DNA of 64,000 nucleotides from Candidatus Latescibacterota bacterium (GCA_965116885.1 OZ220741.1:3072001-3136000); one strand, 5' to 3'; positions 1 to 10,670 are shown, counted from the first letter of the stretch. Numbers and translations are program-made. Notes: generated by a model from the letters alone, not told the origin.

Positions 1-24
1 GTCTGTTCAGTGTTAGAGATGTCA

Positions 25-63
25 AAACGCGGGTTTCTTTGAAGAAGCCCGCGTTTGTTTTTT
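25..63 (+). terminator. Intrinsic terminator of a gene upstream of the window
   Basis: AAACGCGGGTTTCTT / AAGAAGCCCGCGTTT inverted repeat (25-56) followed by GTTTTTT. Confidence 0.8.
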
Positions 64-109
64 CCGGTGTGCTTGTTTATCACAAAAAAATGGGTTACAT
101 TATCTCCCA

Positions 110-1483
110 TTGCAATGGGAGGGTTTTGTGGTACCTGAGTCTATTAAACATCTCAAGCGGCCTTTTTCATTTGCGGTTGTGAGTGATACGCATTTTGTGA
201 CGCGAGATTTTATTGGGCAGGCATTTGACGCGACAAGGCCGCTCAGCACTGAGGGGTATGTGGAAAATGTAACCTATTCGCTCGCGCCAATGATGGATGC
301 TCTGCGCCATCTCAAACCGGACTTTATAGTTTTGACCGGCGATGTGGCCGAACCCCCGTTGGATCCAGAATGTCACCGCGAGAATCTCAAGGCTGCGCTG
401 GATTTTTTTTCTACATGCGATATTCCCCTGATCGTCGCTCGTGGCAATCACGATGGTACTTCGGCTTTTGATGAGGTTGTGGGGCCGCGTATTGCACAGT
501 TTTTAGGTGAGGCACCCAGGGCGCATTATTTTTCATTTGAGGTGGATGGTTGCCAGTTTATTATTCTGGATACGCCATTTTGGAATACTGAGCAATGTCA
601 GTGGCTCGATGCCGTATTAAAAGAAAATGCTTATGCACCGTCCTTTTTATTGGGGCATCATCCTATATGGCCGGTAGCCCGCGCTTTTTTTTATAATCGC
701 GATTTTCAGACGGATATGGTCGATCTTCTGTCTCGGCACGCGATTGATGCCTATTTTTGCGGGCATTCACACAATCAAAGCATTGTGTTGCACCGCACGC
801 CCTATTTGCCGGTGTTGCAGTGTATGGGTGCTCTGGTCGGGTTGTCTGATACGCCGCCACTTCCGCTCAACCGAGTTCAGGCCCTTTTACCCACGTCCGA
901 TGATCTTATGGCTGTTTGGCCCGGATATATTGAAAATACGGCTCCGGGGTGGTTTATGGGATATGTTGCACAGGGCCGGGCGCGTGTGGAATGGCATCAT
1001 ATTAACCGCGGGGCCGAAGCCCTGGTGCGCTGGTTTCGCCCTGGAGACATTCAGACGTTTTGGACAATGGATCCCGCGCCACCAGCTCAACTCATTGAAG
1101 CAAATTTAGGGCGTATTCGCCAGGGGATCCTCCGTTTTTGTGCCTGGGATAGTATGGGAGATGCGCGCGTATTTCTCAATGGATATGAGATTGGTCTTTT
1201 GCCGCGTGCAGATAATTTTACGCCCAGTCGTCTGTCTTTACCACCCAACGCGCTCGCTTGTTTACAGATGGAAAATAAGGTGCGTATTGAACCAGCTGAG
1301 GGAAGTGAGATAACGCTTGGCAATCTGGTTCTCGAAGTGGTATTGCCCGGTGGTCGTTATGTGCGGTCGCTGGTTTTCGAAGATATTTATACGTGGTCTG
1401 ACCGGTGGGAGGGGTATGAATATGAGACGTTGCAAAAGATGAAACCGGGACGACCGTTATCAACGGTGTTGTCTTTCAGGTGA
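110..1483 (+). CDS. Calcineurin-like metallophosphoesterase with an unassigned C-terminal domain
   Basis: Motifs DTH, GD, GNHD, HH and GHSH in canonical order; start uncertain (TTG 110 or a nearby GTG). Confidence 0.85.
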   Translation: MQWEGFVVPESIKHLKRPFSFAVVSDTHFVTRDFIGQAFDATRPLSTEGYVENVTYSLAPMMDALRHLKPDFIVLTGDVAEPPLDPECHRENLKAALDFFSTCDIPLIVARGNHDGTSAFDEVVGPRIAQFLGEAPRAHYFSFEVDGCQFIILDTPFWNTEQCQWLDAVLKENAYAPSFLLGHHPIWPVARAFFYNRDFQTDMVDLLSRHAIDAYFCGHSHNQSIVLHRTPYLPVLQCMGALVGLSDTPPLPLNRVQALLPTSDDLMAVWPGYIENTAPGWFMGYVAQGRARVEWHHINRGAEALVRWFRPGDIQTFWTMDPAPPAQLIEANLGRIRQGILRFCAWDSMGDARVFLNGYEIGLLPRADNFTPSRLSLPPNALACLQMENKVRIEPAEGSEITLGNLVLEVVLPGGRYVRSLVFEDIYTWSDRWEGYEYETLQKMKPGRPLSTVLSFR

Positions 1484-1487
1484 GGAT

Positions 1488-3530
1488 GTGATGGACGATA
1501 GAAGAGATACCAATAGATTGGTCCACGAGACCAGCCCGTATTTATTGCAGCATGCACACAATCCCGTTGCGTGGTTTCCTTGGGGAGAAGAGGCGTTTGA
1601 AAAGGCTCGGGATGAAGACAAGCCCATTTTTTTAAGCGTGGGATATGCGGCCTGTCATTGGTGCCATGTGATGGCGCACGAGAGTTTTGAAGACGAGGAT
1701 ATTGCGCAGATTATGAACGCGCATTTTGTCAATGTGAAGGTCGATCGGGAAGAACGTCCCGATGTCGATGAAATTTATATGAATGCGGTACAGGTTATGA
1801 CCGGTTCCGGGGGATGGCCTATGAGCGTGTTTTTAACACCTCAGGGTGTTCCGTTTTACGGAGGTACGTATTTCCCGCCGGAGAGCAGGCACAACATACC
1901 GGGCTTTCCCCAGGTTCTGGAATCCGTTGCCAGGCATTATCGAGAAAAAGGTGAAAATGTCGCAGATGTGGCGAATCGGTTGCAGGAGCACTTGCGGGCA
2001 ATGGCGCATATTGATGCTTTGGCAGATGACCTGACTGAGGCGGATTTTGATGGCGCATTTCAAAAGATTAGATCGAATTTTGATTTTCAAAATGGCGGGT
2101 TTGGCACACAGCCCAAGTTCCCCAATTCGATGAATCTCGATGTGTTTTTGCGAGCCTATTTGCGTACGGGGGACATAGAGGCACGCGCGATGGTAAAATT
2201 GACGCTCGAAAAAATGGCGCGCGGGGGCATTTACGATCAGCTCGGTGGGGGATTTCATCGCTATTCTGTGGATAGCCGCTGGTTGGTACCTCATTTTGAG
2301 AAGATGCTGTATGACAATGCACTGCTCGCACAGCTTTATACACAGACTTATCAGGTGACGAGGCAACCGTTTTTTGCGCGCATTGTTAGGTCAATTCTGG
2401 ATTATACGCGTCGAGAGATGACTGCGCCAGAGGGCGGTTTTTATTCTACGCAAGATGCCGATAGCGAAGGAGAAGAGGGCAAGTTTTTTGTGTGGACGCC
2501 GCAGGAGGTGGTGGATCTATTGGGCGAAGAAGAAGGGGCGGTATTTTGTCAGTATTTCGATGTGACGGAGCGGGGCAATTTTGAAGGTAAAAATATTTTG
2601 AATATTCCTCGTATTTATAAGGTAGATGAAGACGCAATGGCGCGCAGGTGTGCAATATTGTTTGAGGCGCGAGAAAAGCGCGTAAAACCCGGACGAGATG
2701 AAAAAATCCAGGTGAGTTGGAATGGGATGATGATTTCGGCCTTTGCCCAGGCATATCGGGCATTTGGCGATTCCGTTTATCTGGATAGTGCGTCAGATGC
2801 GGCTCAATTTATCCTGGAGAATATGTGTACGGATCGCGGGCTTTTGCTGCATACTTATAAAGATGGTCGCGCGCGTTTCAATGCCTATCAGGATGATTAT
2901 GCCTGTTTGATCGTTGGGTTAGTCGATCTGTACGAGGCGAGTTTTGAGCCTTCTTATCTCATTGCTGCCCGCGATTTTATGGAGGTGATGATCGATCAAT
3001 TTTGGGATAATGAAGATGGCGGATTTTTTTATACGGGAAGAGATCACGAGGAGTTGATTGTGCGTTCAAAAAATCCCTTTGACAATGCGACTCCCTCTGG
3101 CAATTCAACAGGGGCGATGGCACTGCTGCGATTGGGGACGCTGCTGGAGCGCGAAGATTGGCGGGATATGGCCGCCCGTATTTTGCATCTTTTTGGCAGA
3201 CATATTCGGGAGGTGCCTTCGGGTTTTGGCAATATGATTTGTGCCCTGGATCTCTATTTGCAAGGGGCAGTTGAGGTTGCTGTTTTGGGCGATCGAGACA
3301 GTGCGGATACGGTTGCACTGCTCGATGTGGTAAATAAAACATGGCGACCCAATGTCGTTTTGTGCGGGGGAAGTGATCCCGTGTCCGACGCTATTCCGCT
3401 TCTGAAAAATCGCGGTATGATCGACGGGCGCGCTACGGCTTATGTATGCCGCAATTTCGTCTGTTCAGAACCCGTTACAGATGCCGAGGCACTGGAAAAA
3501 TTACTGGATGAAGTTGGTTCGGGACAGTAA
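1488..3530 (+). CDS. YyaL/SSP411 (DUF255) thioredoxin-domain protein
   Basis: [30 protein letters not shown] and [11 protein letters not shown] signatures. Confidence 0.95.
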   Translation: MMDDRRDTNRLVHETSPYLLQHAHNPVAWFPWGEEAFEKARDEDKPIFLSVGYAACHWCHVMAHESFEDEDIAQIMNAHFVNVKVDREERPDVDEIYMNAVQVMTGSGGWPMSVFLTPQGVPFYGGTYFPPESRHNIPGFPQVLESVARHYREKGENVADVANRLQEHLRAMAHIDALADDLTEADFDGAFQKIRSNFDFQNGGFGTQPKFPNSMNLDVFLRAYLRTGDIEARAMVKLTLEKMARGGIYDQLGGGFHRYSVDSRWLVPHFEKMLYDNALLAQLYTQTYQVTRQPFFARIVRSILDYTRREMTAPEGGFYSTQDADSEGEEGKFFVWTPQEVVDLLGEEEGAVFCQYFDVTERGNFEGKNILNIPRIYKVDEDAMARRCAILFEAREKRVKPGRDEKIQVSWNGMMISAFAQAYRAFGDSVYLDSASDAAQFILENMCTDRGLLLHTYKDGRARFNAYQDDYACLIVGLVDLYEASFEPSYLIAARDFMEVMIDQFWDNEDGGFFYTGRDHEELIVRSKNPFDNATPSGNSTGAMALLRLGTLLEREDWRDMAARILHLFGRHIREVPSGFGNMICALDLYLQGAVEVAVLGDRDSADTVALLDVVNKTWRPNVVLCGGSDPVSDAIPLLKNRGMIDGRATAYVCRNFVCSEPVTDAEALEKLLDEVGSGQ

Positions 3531-3585
3531 TTTGAACGGAGGCGTCAACAATTTAACAGCTAAATTCCAAATGAAAGGATATGTT

Positions 3586-4131
3586 ATGGCAGATGTTTTG
3601 ATTATAGGCGATGGACCTGCGGGATTGAGTGCCGCGTTGTTTTTGGCGAAGAATGGTCAGAATGTGACGGTGTTTGGTCAAGATGGGACGCCGATGCACA
3701 AGGCGATGCTTTACAATTATCTGGGTATTCCCGAGATGACGGGGAGTGAGTTTCAGCGGGTAGGTCGAGCGCAGGTCCAGAATTTGGGCGGCAAAATTGA
3801 GGATGTAGAAGTGACCGATGCCGAAAAGACCGATGGGGGGTTTGCGGTTACAACGGGGGATGGAGATCGAAGAGAAGGGAAGTATCTCATTTTAGCTACC
3901 GGTACAAATACCAAATTGGCCGAGGGGCTGAGTTTGGCTAAGGAGAATAAGGGTATTGTTGCCGATGGCGATGGTCGCACTTCCGTTGAGGGGCTTTTTG
4001 CAGTGGGTTGGAATACGCGTCTCATCCGCACGCAGGCGATTATTTCCGCCGGGCAAGGTGCCGCAACTGCGCTGGAAATACTATCGCTCGAAGCTGGTGA
4101 AGATTTCCATGACTTTGATGTTGTTGAATAA
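3586..4131 (+). CDS. Short FAD-binding thioredoxin-reductase-related protein
   Basis: DVLIIGDGPAGLSAA, LILATG and TSVEGLFAVG; ATG 3586 follows AAAGGA; no CxxC. Confidence 0.85.
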   Translation: MADVLIIGDGPAGLSAALFLAKNGQNVTVFGQDGTPMHKAMLYNYLGIPEMTGSEFQRVGRAQVQNLGGKIEDVEVTDAEKTDGGFAVTTGDGDRREGKYLILATGTNTKLAEGLSLAKENKGIVADGDGRTSVEGLFAVGWNTRLIRTQAIISAGQGAATALEILSLEAGEDFHDFDVVE

Positions 4132-4151
4132 GGTAAGATAAATTTCTTCGG

Positions 4152-4201
4152 GAGGTTCCAGGGCCTGTGCAGGCAGATGGGTATCTGGAACCTCTTTTTT
4201 T
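4152..4201 (+). terminator. Intrinsic terminator-like hairpin
   Basis: GAGGTTCCAG (4152-4161) / CTGGAACCTC (4185-4194) followed by T7. Confidence 0.75.
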
Positions 4202-4239
4202 GCTTCTGAATGATTGAAACCAGGAATGGAGGAAAAAGT

Positions 4240-4443
4240 ATGGCCGGACAAGGTTCGGGCGGCAATGTTCTTGCAGCTTTGTGTAGCTTTTTTATTCCGG
4301 GTTTGGGGCAGTTGCTTCAGGGACGTTTGCTCATTGCCCTTTTCCAATTTTTCCTGGCGGCCATCCTGTGGTTTATCTGGATGGGCTGGGTGATCCACCT
4401 GTGGTCGGTTTTGAATGCGGCCCGGTGGAGACCAGGAGATTAA
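4240..4443 (+). CDS. Small membrane protein (TM2-like SFFIPGLGQ motif)
   Basis: GGAGG RBS; AALCSFFIPGLGQ followed by hydrophobic helices. Confidence 0.8.
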   Translation: MAGQGSGGNVLAALCSFFIPGLGQLLQGRLLIALFQFFLAAILWFIWMGWVIHLWSVLNAARWRPGD

Positions 4444-4455
4444 GAGGGACTTCAG

Positions 4456-5604
4456 GTGAAAATTGATGCCGCGGAAATTCGATATGTCGAGTTGCCACTG
4501 ATTTCGCCATGGCGCACGGCTTATGGCGAGGATGCGACGATTCATTCGGTGATGGTTAAACTCTCGGGCGGGGGGACCTCTGCCTGGGGTGAGGCTACGC
4601 CGTTTTACGCGCCGACTTATTCACCCGAGTCGGCCCGATCTGTTTATGAAACGGCGCGGGAATTTTTCTTGCCGTATATCGTGGGGGAGCAGATAGAGAC
4701 AGCGGCGGAACTGATGGCGCGGATTGCGGTGTTTAAGGGCAATCCCTTTGCCAAAGCGGCTGTGGAGACTGCGTGGTGGGCATTGGATAGTAAGTTGAAG
4801 GGCGTACCGCTCTGGCAGTTACTGGGCGCGACTGATCCTACGGTGGCATGTGGGGCTGATTTTGGTGTGCAGGATACGATTGATGAGCTTCTGTCGCTGA
4901 TCCAGAGTGCTGTGGATGTGGGGTATCCTCGGATAAAGCTGAAGGTACGACACGGATGGGATATCGAGATGCTCAAAGCCGTGCGTTCGGCTTTTCCCGA
5001 TCCCGTGATTCATGTGGATTGCAATTCGGGGTATGATTTGAACGTGGATTTTGATACACTCAAGGGATTTGATCAGTTCAATTTGGCGATGATTGAACAG
5101 CCATTGGATCATCTGGATCTGATCGAGCACGCGGAGTTGCAAAGCCAAATCGAGACGCCTGTTTGTTTGGATGAGTCGGTCAAACGTCCGCGGGATTTTG
5201 AACTCGCCCTGAAAATTGGCGCATGTCGCGTGATCAATGTGAAACCCGGTCGCGTGGGAGGCTTGTTAAACGCTGTGAAAATTCACGATATGGCGCGCGA
5301 TGCGGGCATAGATGCGTGGGTGGGCGGGATGCTGGAGAGCGGTGTTGGCGCAGGGATTTGTGCGGCGTTGGGTACGTTGCCGGGATTTAACTATCCGGCA
5401 GATGTGTTTCCATCCCGCAAGTTCTATGTTGAGGATATTACAAATCGGTGGATTGAGCAGGATGAGAACTGCAATGTGGTACTGGATGAGACACCCGGCG
5501 TTGGGTTCGATCCAATTCCCGAGCGTCTGGAGAAGGTGACGGTTATGAAGGCGCAGCGTCTGGAGAAGGTGACGGTTATTTTTCCTCAATCGGCTCTACG
5601 GTGA
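4456..5604 (+). CDS. menC: o-Succinylbenzoate synthase / N-acylamino acid racemase family enolase
   Basis: KLK, DCN, EQP, DES and KPGRVGG motifs; no other men genes nearby, so racemase function is plausible. Confidence 0.85.
   Translation: MKIDAAEIRYVELPLISPWRTAYGEDATIHSVMVKLSGGGTSAWGEATPFYAPTYSPESARSVYETAREFFLPYIVGEQIETAAELMARIAVFKGNPFAKAAVETAWWALDSKLKGVPLWQLLGATDPTVACGADFGVQDTIDELLSLIQSAVDVGYPRIKLKVRHGWDIEMLKAVRSAFPDPVIHVDCNSGYDLNVDFDTLKGFDQFNLAMIEQPLDHLDLIEHAELQSQIETPVCLDESVKRPRDFELALKIGACRVINVKPGRVGGLLNAVKIHDMARDAGIDAWVGGMLESGVGAGICAALGTLPGFNYPADVFPSRKFYVEDITNRWIEQDENCNVVLDETPGVGFDPIPERLEKVTVMKAQRLEKVTVIFPQSALR
5522..5579. repeat. 25-bp direct repeat, period 33
   Basis: AGCGTCTGGAGAAGGTGACGGTTAT at 5522-5546 and 5555-5579. 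Confidence 0.95.
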
Positions 5605-6451
5605 CAGATACGGTGAGCGCGTGTTGACCGCCGCCCAGGACCACGCCTTTGAGAGGGGTGACGTCGGCAAAGTCACGGCCCCAGGATACGGTGACGTGCC
5701 GGTCATCGGGCATGAGATTGTTGGTCGGATCAAAGTCGATCCAGCCGTGATTGGGCAGGTAAACAGAGAACCAGGCATGGGAGGCATCTGCGCCAATCAG
5801 GTAATCTGTTCCAGGGGAGGGCAGGGTCTCGAGATAGCCGCTGATATAGCGTGCGGCCAGACCCATAGCGCGGAGGCAACCGATGGCCAGGTGGGCAAAG
5901 TCCTGGCACACGCCTTTGCGGTGTTTGAATACATCGGATAATGGCGTGGATATGGTGGTGAATCCAGGTACGTATTCAAAGTCGTTGTAGATGCGTTGGG
6001 TGAGGTCGCTAACCGCTTCTATAAAGGGACGGTCTTTAGAAAATGACGGTTCTGCATATCTTGTCAACTCGGGGGCGGTAGATACTTTGGGGGAGTCGAG
6101 TACAAATTGGCGCACTGAAAGAAGGTTGGGATCGGTTGTGGTTTTGAGGATGTGATACACAGTTTCCCAGGGCATATCGCTGGTCAATTGGGTTTGCGAT
6201 ACGATATGCACATCGCTTTCTGCTGTGACTGAGAGGATATTGTGGGGTTGTTCGATGGAAAAATAGGCGGTGCGATTGCCAAAAAAATCTTTTCGCTCGC
6301 GAAAAGATGCTGGCTGTGGATTGATGGTGATGTGGCTATTCAAGCATGTCTGATTGAAAAAACTGCGCGGGCTCAATCGGGCTTGATTGTGAGACAGGCT
6401 CACGGTCTCTGCATATTCGTAGTGGCTCTGATGTGTGATGCGATAATTCAT
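5576..6451 (-). CDS. Bacterial transglutaminase-like protein
   Basis: YRITH N-terminal domain; catalytic GVCQDFAH, SHAW and WIDFDPTN. Confidence 0.95.
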   Translation of the reverse strand: MNYRITHQSHYEYAETVSLSHNQARLSPRSFFNQTCLNSHITINPQPASFRERKDFFGNRTAYFSIEQPHNILSVTAESDVHIVSQTQLTSDMPWETVYHILKTTTDPNLLSVRQFVLDSPKVSTAPELTRYAEPSFSKDRPFIEAVSDLTQRIYNDFEYVPGFTTISTPLSDVFKHRKGVCQDFAHLAIGCLRAMGLAARYISGYLETLPSPGTDYLIGADASHAWFSVYLPNHGWIDFDPTNNLMPDDRHVTVSWGRDFADVTPLKGVVLGGGQHALTVSVTVEPIEEK

Positions 6452-7941
6452 GTGCCAAAGTTCCGGTGTGGGAGACCGTCAATCACCCAGGTGTCTTTGC
6501 TGTGTACAAACGTATGCGTAGGAACGACAAAATTGTCGCGTTCGGGTGCGCTGCGCGTGAGGCCTCCAGGCATTACCGAGTATGTATTTTGGTGGGAGAC
6601 TGCAAAGGCTGTGAGGGTGGTATAGCGAGATTCGAGATGCCCGTTGATCAGGGAAGGCGCTGTTGCAAAGCTGACTTGTTCCTGGCCTGCGTAACGGGTG
6701 GGATTTGCCCTGATGCGATCGCGCCAGACTTCGCGCTCGGCGCGGCTGAGCAAGGCACCGAAGACGCGGGGAATAGCTGATTGCTGATCAATTGGACAGA
6801 GAACCAGACTGTCGAGATGGTCGAGTACGTAGTTCATTTCTCGCGCTTGTCCGCACCACCAGGTGGCTACCGAGGGCAGGATGAGGTCTTCGTCCAGCAA
6901 GTGTCGCGCAATGCCGGGCAAAAAAGGCATCAAGCCCGGATTTTCGAGTACGCTACTGCCCAGAGGATTGGCAATGGCAACGTGCCCATTTCGCACGGCA
7001 TCGAGTAGCCCGGCAACGCCGAGTAGCGATTCTTCGTAGAGTTCCAATGGGTCGCAAAAATCGTCATTGATGCGGCGCAAAATGATATCAACGGGATACA
7101 AGCCATCGATGGATTTGAGCCACGCGTGCCTATCGCGCACGATGAGGTTATCGCCTTGCACAAGGGTATAACCCAGATAAGCTGAGAGATATGCATGCTC
7201 AAAATAGGTGGCGTTAAAAGGCCCTGGGGTCAGTACGACGATCCGGGGGTTTTCTTTGTTGTGAGGGGCAATTTCAGACAGGCCAGATTGAAAGGTGCGA
7301 AAAAAATCGGCCAGACGCCGCACATTGCAGTCGTTGAACAAGGTGGGCATAATGCGCGACATCGCGGTTCTGTTTTCGAGCGCGTACCCCAGGCCCGAAG
7401 GTGCCTGTGTGTGGTCGTACAAAACCCACATTTGTCCATCGGGTCCTCGCGCGAGATTGGCGGCATAGATGCGCAATTGATGTTCAGCAGGCAGAAAGAC
7501 ATCTTTGCAGGATCTCAAAAAACCCGCGTGATTGTAGATGGGTTCAAAGGGTAAAAGGCCCTCTCGGATGAGTGTTTGGGGACCGTAGATGTCTTTGAGC
7601 ACAAGGTTGAGCAATTCGGCGCGTTGGGATACTCCTCGCGCTATATGGGTCCAGTCATTTGCCTGAAGCAGGAGGGGGATAGGATCGAGTTCCCGAGGGC
7701 GATGCAAGCCATCGGGATTGTCGGGTACGTTATACGTAACGCCGTTTTCGCGCAGCAATAGTCGCGCTTCCTGGTCGCGGCGTGCCAGTTCTTTGCTGCC
7801 CATGCGTTCTATTGCTGAAAAAAAGGGATGCCAATGGGCGCGCACCCCGTCTTTTTGATCCCACATTTCGTCGTAAGAACCGGGGGCAGGGGCGTACCCT
7901 TCGGGCATAATATCGGCAATTTCAGGTGGGGTTTTGGACAA
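6448..7941 (-). CDS. Circularly permuted type 2 ATP-grasp protein, divergent paralog
   Basis: QAPSGLGYALENR, LTPGPFN.TYFEHAYL, MPGGLTR and SKDTWV; TTG start. Confidence 0.9.
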   Translation of the reverse strand: MSKTPPEIADIMPEGYAPAPGSYDEMWDQKDGVRAHWHPFFSAIERMGSKELARRDQEARLLLRENGVTYNVPDNPDGLHRPRELDPIPLLLQANDWTHIARGVSQRAELLNLVLKDIYGPQTLIREGLLPFEPIYNHAGFLRSCKDVFLPAEHQLRIYAANLARGPDGQMWVLYDHTQAPSGLGYALENRTAMSRIMPTLFNDCNVRRLADFFRTFQSGLSEIAPHNKENPRIVVLTPGPFNATYFEHAYLSAYLGYTLVQGDNLIVRDRHAWLKSIDGLYPVDIILRRINDDFCDPLELYEESLLGVAGLLDAVRNGHVAIANPLGSSVLENPGLMPFLPGIARHLLDEDLILPSVATWWCGQAREMNYVLDHLDSLVLCPIDQQSAIPRVFGALLSRAEREVWRDRIRANPTRYAGQEQVSFATAPSLINGHLESRYTTLTAFAVSHQNTYSVMPGGLTRSAPERDNFVVPTHTFVHSKDTWVIDGLPHRNFGT

Positions 7942-8037
7942 AGCTGGATCCTACGATAAAAAACGCGAATAGACGAACCCCGCTCCACCACCCAAGTCAG
8001 TGCGAACTCCATTCGTTGATTCGCAGATTCGTCGGTT

Positions 8038-8997
8038 TCAGACGGTCGTGGAGGAGGGCGAAGTTGCGAAGAAGGTTTCGAAAATTGCGTTGTCAAGCTG
8101 GTTGAGTCGCGTTTGAAATGCGTCGAGGTATTCGTGCAGGCCCTGCGAAATGATTTCATCGATACTGGTGTAATCCAGTTCGGCGAGCAGGCGCCCCAGT
8201 ACTTGTTCGGATGTGTTTTGGAAAGAGCCTTCGGGTGTACCCGATATGGTGCGCAACGATTGATTGGCCCCGAAAAGACAGTATCGAATGGCGCGGGGAA
8301 ATTCGCGATTTAAGATCAAGAAATTGACCACATTGTGGGGTTCGATAGGGCCATATTGTTTGCGATACATTTCGAGGGCACTGGCAGATTTGAGCAATGC
8401 CGCCCACTGGATATCGTCAAAGGGCGTGCCCACATCATCAACTTCGGGTAATAAAAAAAAGTATTTGACATCGAGGATGCGCGAGGTTTTATCGGCGCGT
8501 TCTAAGTCCCGACCCAGTCGAGCAAATTGCCATGCTTCGTTGTGAGACATGGTGTTGCGCTGAATGCCTGTGAACAGGTGACTGGCCATAATGATATCTG
8601 TAAAGTAGGCATGGGGAGCATCCTGTGCCTGGGGTTTGTCGATGTTTTGCACCTGCAAGTAGAATTTGTTAATCTGTTCCCACATTTCCGTTGAGATAAT
8701 CTCTCGGATAGAACGCGCATTTTCGCGGGCGTTTTGCAAGCAGGAGAGAATGGAGTTGGGATTTACGGGGCTAAATGTCAGGAAGTCGATGACGTTGGCT
8801 TGATTGTCCGTTGCGTAGTTTTCGTAGAACAGGTGCTGATCACCTGTGGTGAGCACAAGCGGTTCCCACTGCCCTTTGGCTTCAACGGGTAAGTCGAGCA
8901 TCAAGTGGCAATTGACCTCGATAAAGCGGGCGACATTTTCGGCGCGTTCAAGATAACGGCTCATCCAGTAAATGGATTCTGCTGCGCGGCTTAACAT
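8038..8997 (-). CDS. Alpha-E domain protein (DUF403)
   Basis: MLSR.AES.YWMSRYLERAEN and a second LERAD repeat; EFPRAI. Confidence 0.95.
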   Translation of the reverse strand: MLSRAAESIYWMSRYLERAENVARFIEVNCHLMLDLPVEAKGQWEPLVLTTGDQHLFYENYATDNQANVIDFLTFSPVNPNSILSCLQNARENARSIREIISTEMWEQINKFYLQVQNIDKPQAQDAPHAYFTDIIMASHLFTGIQRNTMSHNEAWQFARLGRDLERADKTSRILDVKYFFLLPEVDDVGTPFDDIQWAALLKSASALEMYRKQYGPIEPHNVVNFLILNREFPRAIRYCLFGANQSLRTISGTPEGSFQNTSEQVLGRLLAELDYTSIDEIISQGLHEYLDAFQTRLNQLDNAIFETFFATSPSSTTV

Positions 8998-9012
8998 AAT
9001 ATGACTCGTGCG

Positions 9013-10494
9013 TTAGTGCGTTTGTGAAAGGTACCTGGACGGGACAAATGGATCGTCACTGTCGTATAATACCCAGGTGTCTTTGCTACCCCCGCCTTGC
9101 GAAGAGTTGACGACCAGAGATCCTTTTTTTAGTGCCACGCGCGTGAGTCCTCCGGGCAAGACATAAATATCTTCGCCATTGTAGAGGACATAGGGCCGCA
9201 AATCGACATGCCTGCCTTCAAAGTGGTCATCTACCAGAATAGGGCTTCGCGAGAGTGCTATGGTGGGCTGTGCAATATAATTGCGTGGGTTTTGGGTTAT
9301 GCGGTTGGCAAAGTCTTCGCGTTCGGATCGTGTGGAATTTACGCCAATGAGCATGCCGTATCCACCCGACTCATTGGCGGCTTTGACCACAAGGGTGTCC
9401 AGGTTTTCGAGTACATGCTGGCGCTGGTCGTCTTCCCAACAAACATAAGTGGGCACATTGGGCAGCAGGATGTCTTCGTTGAGATAATATTTGATGATCT
9501 GCGGCACATAAGCATATACGACCTTGTCGTCGGCAACACCTGTGCCGGGCGCATTCGCAATGGCGACCTGACCATTTTTATAGACCTCCATGAGTCCGGG
9601 TACGCCCAACATAGAATCGGGGCGAAAGACTGCTGGATCGAGAAATTCGGCATCAATGCGCCGATAAATAACGTCGATGCGTTGAAATCCGCGGGTCGTT
9701 CGCATTGCCACAACACCATCGGCAACGACGAGGTCTCGTCCTTCGACCAATTCGACACCCATTTGTTGGGCGAGAAAGGCATGCTCAAAATAGGCCGAGT
9801 TGTAGATGCCGGGTGTGAGTAAAACGACCGTTGGCGATGTGACATGGGAAGGAGATAGAGAACGCAATGTGTTGAGCAATTGAGCGGGATAGTCATCGAC
9901 GTGTCGCACATGAGAAGCTTCAAATACTTCCGGGAATATGCGTTTGAGAACCTCGCGATTTTCAAGCACATAAGACACGCCCGAAGGACAGCGCAGGTTG
10001 TCTTCGAGGACGTAAAACTGACCGTCTTTATCGCGCACGAGGTCAATGCCGGAAATGTGACACCACACATCTTTGGGCGGCGAAAGGCCAATGCAGGGTT
10101 TCAGGAATTCTTTAGCTGTATCAATGACGTAGCGGGGAATGATGCCGTCTTTGAGGATTTTTTGATCGGCGTAGATGTCGCAGAGAAACAGATTGAGGGC
10201 CTGGATGCGCTGCACGAGGCCCTTTTCAATGTATGTCCAATCGGTATGAGAAATGATACGCGGAATGATGTCAAAGGGAAAAATTTTTTCAACGCCGGCT
10301 TCGCTGCCATACACGTTGAACGTGATGCCCATGTTCATCAAGGCCAGTTCGGCGGCTTGATGGCGTTTTTGGAGTTCGTCTTTGGAGAGTTCGCCGAGTT
10401 TTTCGAGGAGTACTCGCGCGCCGGGATGGGGACTGTTCGGAGATTCAAAGAGTTCGTCGTAAAATCCACCGAGTTCATAAGATGAGAAGTCCAT
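9013..10494 (-). CDS. Circularly permuted type 2 ATP-grasp amidoligase
   Basis: [28 protein letters not shown]...SGGYG, VDLRP and [15 protein letters not shown]. Confidence 0.95.
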   Translation of the reverse strand: MDFSSYELGGFYDELFESPNSPHPGARVLLEKLGELSKDELQKRHQAAELALMNMGITFNVYGSEAGVEKIFPFDIIPRIISHTDWTYIEKGLVQRIQALNLFLCDIYADQKILKDGIIPRYVIDTAKEFLKPCIGLSPPKDVWCHISGIDLVRDKDGQFYVLEDNLRCPSGVSYVLENREVLKRIFPEVFEASHVRHVDDYPAQLLNTLRSLSPSHVTSPTVVLLTPGIYNSAYFEHAFLAQQMGVELVEGRDLVVADGVVAMRTTRGFQRIDVIYRRIDAEFLDPAVFRPDSMLGVPGLMEVYKNGQVAIANAPGTGVADDKVVYAYVPQIIKYYLNEDILLPNVPTYVCWEDDQRQHVLENLDTLVVKAANESGGYGMLIGVNSTRSEREDFANRITQNPRNYIAQPTIALSRSPILVDDHFEGRHVDLRPYVLYNGEDIYVLPGGLTRVALKKGSLVVNSSQGGGSKDTWVLYDSDDPFVPSRYLSQTH

Positions 10495-10543
10495 GTGCTC
10501 ACCATCCAGCGAAAGAATGACTTACGTGACGTGGCGAAAAAAA

Positions 10544-10572
10544 ATAATAAGCCGATGGAGAGCACCTGTCAA
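10544..10572 (-). promoter_or_regulatory. Sigma70-type promoter of the ATP-grasp operon
   Basis: Minus strand TTGACA-N17-TATTAT. Confidence 0.75.
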
Positions 10573-10670
10573 TTGTTTTTTGGGTGAACGACGAGTTGGG
10601 GTTTTAGGATGAGCAGGATGAAAAGCGGGAGGTGTACGCAGATGGCTTGTCACATCTCACCACCATCTCA

